A DNA stretch of 32,000 nucleotides from contig JBHLMI010000015.1 of the NCBI GenBank assembly GCA_048938295.1, positions 27,025 through 59,024 on the forward strand. Reading direction: 5' to 3'. Origin of the DNA: Promethearchaeota archaeon (GTDB taxonomy: Archaea > Asgardarchaeota > Hermodarchaeia > Hermodarchaeales > Hermodarchaeaceae). Position 1 is the stretch's first letter. Every line of letters begins with the position of its first letter. The position numbers and the translations under genes are program-made. Below, in pieces: positions 26,976 through 32,000 of this stretch. Below the pieces are notes generated by a model. The model had not been told where the DNA came from. It did not search any database and saw nothing but the letters and a program-made list of their open reading frames with translations.

Positions 26976-27038
26976 TTGTCAAAAACAGGTTAATTTTTAT
27001 ATCGCCGAATAATAATAGGATTGTCAAAAACAGGTTAA
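26976..27038 (+). repeat. Perfect 18-bp direct repeat TTGTCAAAAACAGGTTAA x2
   Basis: Copies at 26976-26993 and 27021-27038 (45-nt period) flanking TTTTTATAT. Confidence 0.9.
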
Positions 27039-27054
27039 CTTGGAGGGAATCTCG

Positions 27055-27531
27055 GTGTTCACCAGTTTTCGATATCCTACACCCAAGCAGGGTCTGATTT
27101 GGTTAAAACGTCGACAGCAAGTACGACCATCCGTCATTGCTAAAGAATTAGATGTCTCTCGGCCCTTTGTGAGTAAAACCCAACAAAGAGCCGAGGCACG
27201 GATCAAAAAGCTACTCGAACATGCCGCGGCGATTAACCGCGTAGAAGTGAAACATCTTAATCCACGCCATGGTATTGTTGTCGGTTATTGTCCCGCCACC
27301 CAAACAGACACCTATATCACATATTCCCCCACGTTAGGAATTCATACATGGTTCTCGCATACAGGTGATTGCGCCTCTTGCGCTCAAAATATGGAATGCG
27401 AAAAAACGTTACGCCAGCTTGCTGCAGAGTGGGAAATCAACCTACCTGACAATCAACCTCCAACAGAAATTGCCCTCCACTTATTCAACACGATACTCAA
27501 ACGATTGAATTTAAAGGAGGTGAAATCATAA
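27055..27531 (+). CDS. HTH protein with C-terminal His/Cys putative metal-binding domain (probable regulator)
   Basis: HTH-like PSVIAKELDVSRPFVSK; C-terminal H-x3-C-x2-C-x5-C. GTG 27055 with GGAGG 8 nt upstream. Confidence 0.7.
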   Translation: MFTSFRYPTPKQGLIWLKRRQQVRPSVIAKELDVSRPFVSKTQQRAEARIKKLLEHAAAINRVEVKHLNPRHGIVVGYCPATQTDTYITYSPTLGIHTWFSHTGDCASCAQNMECEKTLRQLAAEWEINLPDNQPPTEIALHLFNTILKRLNLKEVKS

Positions 27532-28535
27532 TGACACCACCGGACAATCGGAAATCGAGAATCTGTCCACTTCCACCAGAACCAAAAATCGTGCCATCTT
27601 CCTCAATGCAAGTATTAACACGTATTCGTTCGCAAATCAATCCCCTTTTCTTAAAAAAATTTGGTTCAATTCTCATCCTAATCGGCGGACTCCTCATCTT
27701 AGCCGCACAAGCATGGATCATTGTACTGGTTATCCAGTTTGAATCAGTATGGGGCTTTGATCCAACTCTTGTTATACATATTACATTCCCAATGCAAGTT
27801 GCTGTTATTTTTGGAGCCTTCTCAGGCACGATTGTATTAATTGGGGCGACTATTGCATATTTCAAGAATGTGAAAATAGGAACTTTCTTGGCTATCTTCT
27901 GGGCCTTGCTTGCCAACTTTTTTTTAGCGTTAATCTTACTTCTCCGAACAGAAATCCCTGAATATGTCTTCTTCATCCCCTTCTGGCAAACATTCTCACT
28001 GGGCATCATAGGATCTTTCATCTGCGTCTTTGGAGGTGGTATAGGAATGGCATCTCTCCGGCAACCCCAAACTGTTCCAATTGAAATAGTTTATGAAGGA
28101 TACCAACTCAAAACCGCTGGATGGGCATTCACCCTAATCGGAGCCGCTGTCATCCTCCTAGTCCAACTGTTCCTAATGTACTGGTATCTTGGCAGCACCA
28201 TCTTCAATCCCTCTTATCTAATAATGAGCCACCTTTTATCCGCATTACACAACACAGGAATCGGAATTTTTATCACCCTCTGCTGTGGGATTGGTCTTAT
28301 AATCGCAGCTGTAATCACAGCCAACTTCAACGCAAAACTTGGCAGCATCCTCACGTTCATCTTCGCTATTCCCGTCTGGCTGCCATTTTATTGGTCTATG
28401 TACGCGCCCATCTACCTAGTCCTTTTACAAGGCGGTGGAGCTGCTTTCGCAACCGCAGGTGGAATCCTTAGCCTTTCTTCTGCCCTCTTCTCATACCGAC
28501 AGCCAATTACAACAGAACCACTTATTAGTCAATGA
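27531..28535 (+). CDS. Multi-pass membrane protein with internal duplication
   Basis: About 8 TMs in two similar halves; TAATG coupling to the upstream regulator; AGGAGGTG RBS. Confidence 0.75.
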   Translation: MTPPDNRKSRICPLPPEPKIVPSSSMQVLTRIRSQINPLFLKKFGSILILIGGLLILAAQAWIIVLVIQFESVWGFDPTLVIHITFPMQVAVIFGAFSGTIVLIGATIAYFKNVKIGTFLAIFWALLANFFLALILLLRTEIPEYVFFIPFWQTFSLGIIGSFICVFGGGIGMASLRQPQTVPIEIVYEGYQLKTAGWAFTLIGAAVILLVQLFLMYWYLGSTIFNPSYLIMSHLLSALHNTGIGIFITLCCGIGLIIAAVITANFNAKLGSILTFIFAIPVWLPFYWSMYAPIYLVLLQGGGAAFATAGGILSLSSALFSYRQPITTEPLISQ

Positions 28536-28680
28536 TTTTCTAAATCCTCTGCGTTATTTCTAGTTCCTATTCTGGCTAGTTCCCCGTGAAACTAAGCGAC
28601 AGCTTTCGTGTATTCCCGGTGATCAAGGAGGAAAGATGAACACATTTCTCTGATGATTTTTAGACATTGGTACATTATAT

Positions 28681-28725
28681 TATCATGATATTTCAACTCA
28701 CCACTCTGGAGTGGTAAACTCCAGA
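28681..28725. promoter_or_regulatory. Palindrome and overlapping inverted repeats, putative operator region
   Basis: TATCATGATA (28681-28690); ACCACTC-tg-GAGTGGT (28700-28715); TCTGGAGT-ggtaa-ACTCCAGA (28705-28725); TTTATGTA at 28741. Confidence 0.5.
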
Positions 28726-28817
28726 CTAGAAGGCGAAGCGTTTATGTATTTCACCTCAAAAAAGCGAACACCTAAATAGCCCCTGATTCCTCAAGGCGGC
28801 TGAGCGTGCGAGCTACG

Positions 28818-29390
28818 ATGTCACCGGGTAAACACCCTGATATCATTGAGGACACCGAACAAGTGCCAGTTGAAAGAACCCGGGAACTATCGAACCGACT
28901 CGCCAGCTTACCGAAAACTGACCTTGTTTTACTGCGACGAATCTATGATGTGCCCAATGACGTTGAAGCCAAGAAAGTCATCTCTGCAGCTCTTCTCGAT
29001 GAATACTCCATTCAAGAACTCCGCCTAGCTCTGGCCGCCTTGGACGGCGTCCATGAACTCCCTTTAGCTGAAAAGCCCCTAGGTTTTGAAAACGCCAAAG
29101 CCTGGAAACCCCCCAAAAACGCCCCTCCTCTCCCTCCGAAACGGTTTCTCGCCCCCACAGATGAATCTCCGTCACTTCCTTCGGCAAAAACTGCCCAAGA
29201 AATCAGCGGCATCCTCACCAGCATCCCTATGGACGATTTTCAATGGCTTCTCAAACACTATAACGACATTCAGGACCTTCGATCACGCCTCATCATTATT
29301 AAAAACCGCCTCTACCGATACCAATGGGAAGATGTTGCTGCCACCATCGCAGCCCTGAAACGAACTATCCCCCAAGAAGAAACTGACTAA
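28818..29390 (+). CDS. Hypothetical protein, paralogue 1 (two ~56-aa helical repeats, Pro-rich linker)
   Basis: Clear similarity to the next ORF; start ATG 28818 (or GTG 28806). Confidence 0.75.
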   Translation: MSPGKHPDIIEDTEQVPVERTRELSNRLASLPKTDLVLLRRIYDVPNDVEAKKVISAALLDEYSIQELRLALAALDGVHELPLAEKPLGFENAKAWKPPKNAPPLPPKRFLAPTDESPSLPSAKTAQEISGILTSIPMDDFQWLLKHYNDIQDLRSRLIIIKNRLYRYQWEDVAATIAALKRTIPQEETD

Positions 29391-29484
29391 TCTTACACAA
29401 ACCGGTCTCTCCCATAGTAGACTGAAACGGGAACAGCTAAATTCAACCAATTCCTTTACTCTAATTCGAGGAGGGAATATACCC

Positions 29485-30099
29485 TTGTTTGACAGGAACC
29501 GGCCTCCATATGCTCTTGCTAAACGGGTCAAGGTACACAGGGCCAGAACTCTCTCAGATCAACTCTCCAGCCTCTCAACAGATGAACTTCGGCTTCTCCG
29601 TAAATACACTAAAGATCCCAAAGAGCCGGGCATCCAACAGATTCTTGCCAAACCCGTCCTGGCAGAATATACGATACAAGAGCTCCGCGTCGCCCTAGCC
29701 ATGCTAAGCGGTGCTGCCAGCGCTCCTGCACCCGACCTATTGTCTACTCCCGGAACTGTCCAAATGGGACATCCTTTCCACGACCACATCCGTTCAAGAA
29801 CAAACCTTAGTCTAATCGCAAACCAGAATATCCCTCTCCCCTCACGATACTCCCCAGAAATCGCCAACAAACTCCAAGCAATGTCCGACGAGGAACTCCT
29901 TCACCTTGCCCAACATGTCGGCAACCCCAGCGATCCCCGAAGCCGTTTTCTGATTATCCGCTACCATCTCTACAAATATCGTCCCGAAGACATTGCGTCT
30001 ACAATGGCAACCCTATTACGGTTACGACGGAAGGAACGTCGCCCCGAAAGGAAACGTCGCCCTGATTTTCAATCCGTTTCCACTCCCCGTTTCCACTAG
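29485..30099 (+). CDS. Hypothetical protein, paralogue 2 (two ~56-aa helical repeats, basic C-terminal tail)
   Basis: TTG start with GAGGAGG RBS; EYTIQELRVALAML vs EYSIQELRLALAAL in paralogue 1. Confidence 0.75.
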   Translation: MFDRNRPPYALAKRVKVHRARTLSDQLSSLSTDELRLLRKYTKDPKEPGIQQILAKPVLAEYTIQELRVALAMLSGAASAPAPDLLSTPGTVQMGHPFHDHIRSRTNLSLIANQNIPLPSRYSPEIANKLQAMSDEELLHLAQHVGNPSDPRSRFLIIRYHLYKYRPEDIASTMATLLRLRRKERRPERKRRPDFQSVSTPRFH

Positions 30100-30178
30100 C
30101 CTTCTAATTGGAACTAGGAAGCACTTTTAACTCTCTAGTTAATGAGAGCCATACACGACACCCTTGAGGTGACATACC

Positions 30179-31441
30179 GTGGAATCCAACGGATGTGATG
30201 AACCCAATCCCTATGATGTTGCTAAAAAGCAACTCGAAATCGTAGCCAAAAAAATGAAGCTTAATCCCGATATCCTTGAACTCCTCAAACATCCCAAACG
30301 CGCCCTTGTCGTTAGCCTCCCAGTCAGAATGGACGATGGAAGAATAAAGGTGTTCACTGGCATGCGTGTCCAACACTGGGATGCCTTCGGGCCTTTCAAA
30401 GGCGGCATCCGCTATCATCCCAAAGTCTGTTTAGACGAAGTAACAGCGTTATCGATATGGATGTCAATTAAGACAGCAGTTGTAGGCCTCCCCTATGGTG
30501 GAGCGAAAGGCGGTATTATTTGTAATCCCAAGGAAATGAGTGTAAACGAGTTAGAACATCTGACTCGACGATTCACTCACGAAATCATGGAAATTATCGG
30601 TCCATATCGCGATGTGCCAGCTCCTGATGTTTATACTGGCGAACGCGAGATGGCCTGGCTTTATGATACATACTCGGAAGCCCAAGGGTATGCGGTGCCT
30701 GAAGTTGTTACAGGGAAACCGATCTCAATTGGTGGGAGCTTAGGGCGTCGTGAAGCTACTAGCCGTGGAACTGTAATCACGGTTCGCGAGGCTGCTAAAC
30801 GGTTGAACTTTGACCTGAAAGGCGCTTCTGTTGCGATTCAAGGGTTTGGGAATGTAGGCTCTTATGCTGCGGTATTGATTGCTGAATATGGTTCCAAAGT
30901 CGTGGCAGTCAGCGACTCACGCGGAGGAATCTATAACGCCGATGGGTTTGATCCAAAGAAGGTAATGGAGCATAAGAAAAAGACAGGCTCTGTCGTTGGC
31001 TTTCCAGGGACAAAGCAGATCTCAAATTCAGAACTCCTTGAACTCGATGTAGATATTCTAATTCCTGCTGCATTGGAAAATCAGATTCTGGCTGAAAATG
31101 CTCCTCGCATTAAAGCCAAAATCATCGGTGAAGGCGCTAACGGCCCCACTACGCCGGCAGCTGATGAGATTCTCTATAAGAAAGGTGCCTTTGTGGTACC
31201 TGATATTCTTGCGAATGCTGGTGGCGTCACAGTTAGCTACATGGAGTGGGTTCAAAATCTGACCCGTGAATCTTGGACTGAAGACGAAGTGAATGGTAAA
31301 CTTGAACAACGAATGGTCCAAGCTTTCGATGAAGTATACCGGGTGCATCAGAAAGAAAAAGTTCACATGCGGACTGCAGCTTATATCGTAGCACTAACCA
31401 GAATCGCTGAAGCCGTGGAAGCCAGGGGTATTTTCCCTTAA
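30179..31441 (+). CDS. gdhA: Glutamate dehydrogenase (Glu/Leu/Phe/Val dehydrogenase family)
   Basis: GPFKGGIRYHP, PYGGAKGG, DVPAPDV, VTGKP, QGFGNVG, EGANGP, NAGGVTVSYMEW. GTG start with GAGGTGA. Confidence 0.96.
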   Translation: MESNGCDEPNPYDVAKKQLEIVAKKMKLNPDILELLKHPKRALVVSLPVRMDDGRIKVFTGMRVQHWDAFGPFKGGIRYHPKVCLDEVTALSIWMSIKTAVVGLPYGGAKGGIICNPKEMSVNELEHLTRRFTHEIMEIIGPYRDVPAPDVYTGEREMAWLYDTYSEAQGYAVPEVVTGKPISIGGSLGRREATSRGTVITVREAAKRLNFDLKGASVAIQGFGNVGSYAAVLIAEYGSKVVAVSDSRGGIYNADGFDPKKVMEHKKKTGSVVGFPGTKQISNSELLELDVDILIPAALENQILAENAPRIKAKIIGEGANGPTTPAADEILYKKGAFVVPDILANAGGVTVSYMEWVQNLTRESWTEDEVNGKLEQRMVQAFDEVYRVHQKEKVHMRTAAYIVALTRIAEAVEARGIFP

Positions 31442-31566
31442 TCGCTGGGTTATTACCCCCCTTCTCCATAATATAGAAAAGAACCAACAGGTATTTCCCT
31501 CCCCAAAAGGTCTAATTTGATAAATCTGAATTTCTAAGAGTACATGAAAGGCTGGTGGACTTCTAG

Positions 31567-32000
31567 GTGCAATACACAGCATTTTCCAATGTGATTTTTT
31601 GGCTGATTATGGTTCTTATCTTCACTGGCATCTGCGTTGGAATCGGTCGGGACTGTGAAAGAATCAGGCGTGATCGAAGCCGCGATCGAAGCCAAAGTCG
31701 CTCCCGTCCTAGCTATACTTATCGACCACCACATCGAATAAAAGATCAAACACCTCGCACTCAATATAGTGAAATCCAACTAGCAATGTGCCCCGAATGT
31801 GAAGCCACCATCCTGGCTGAAGCTACAGTTTGCCCCCACTGTGGTGCTCCCCAACCTGTTTGTATGGTATGTCAAAACTCCATCGTTCCCCTTGACTCCA
31901 CCCTCAGTTGCCCCCGGTGTCGAGGGCAGGCCCATCGCATCCACTTTCTAGAATACTTGAAAGTCAAAGGCAAATGTCCAGAATGCAACGCCGATCTCGA
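31567..32000 (+). CDS. Membrane-anchored zinc-ribbon + RING-like protein, 3'-partial
   Basis: Hand-translated, absent from ORF track: MQYTAFSNVIFWLIMVLIFTGICVGIG (TM) - RDCERIRRDRSRDRSQSRSRPSY - CPEC..CPHC - CMVC-x12-CPRC-x4-H-x2-H-x10-CPEC. GTG 31567 with GGTGG upstream. Confidence 0.85.
   Translation, partial: MQYTAFSNVIFWLIMVLIFTGICVGIGRDCERIRRDRSRDRSQSRSRPSYTYRPPHRIKDQTPRTQYSEIQLAMCPECEATILAEATVCPHCGAPQPVCMVCQNSIVPLDSTLSCPRCRGQAHRIHFLEYLKVKGKCPECNADL
31669..31692 (+). repeat. 12-nt tandem duplication encoding RDRS-RDRS
   Basis: CGTGATCGAAGC CGCGATCGAAGC, one mismatch. Confidence 0.8.

Noticed and set aside
31534-31779. 81-aa minus-strand ORF
   Set aside because: Shadow of the plus-strand RING-like gene.
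1-32000. CRISPR array, tRNA/rRNA, transposase or integrase
   Set aside because: None seen by eye; the repeats found have only 2-3 exact copies or are too short. tRNAscan-SE and Infernal were not run.

Overview
Archaeal genomic window with dense coding and GGAGG/GGTGA ribosome-binding sites. It is most likely from an Asgard archaeon. This is inferred from a strongly Rab-like GTPase, a membrane-anchored RING-like protein, a TrmB/coiled-coil hybrid and an archaeal FEN1; the class cannot be determined from the sequence alone. The centrepiece is a 14-gene, ~11.8 kb minus-strand cluster (20207->8390). It joins a complete group 3b [NiFe]-hydrogenase (beta, gamma, delta, alpha) to a 4x[4Fe-4S] HycB/DmsB-type ferredoxin, a cysteine-free 88-aa protein resembling only the C-terminal part of HdrC, an intact HdrB with no HdrA, and a compact 7-subunit membrane-bound group 4 [NiFe]-hydrogenase. 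A CoA-disulfide-reductase/NADH-oxidase-family flavoprotein converges on its 3' end, and a TrmB-coiled-coil regulator is divergent at its 5' end. I consider this a candidate undescribed ion-translocating hydrogenase:disulfide-reductase system, but novelty was not checked by any database search. Two genes missed by the ORF track run off the window edges: an M6 metalloprotease (<1..1312, -) and a TM + RS-repeat + zinc-ribbon + RING-like protein (31567..>32000, +). Other items are an M20 peptidase homologue lacking three of five metal ligands, two tandem paralogues with duplicated helical domains, and an 18-bp direct repeat upstream of a Cys/His-containing HTH regulator. No rRNA, tRNA, CRISPR array or mobile element was seen.
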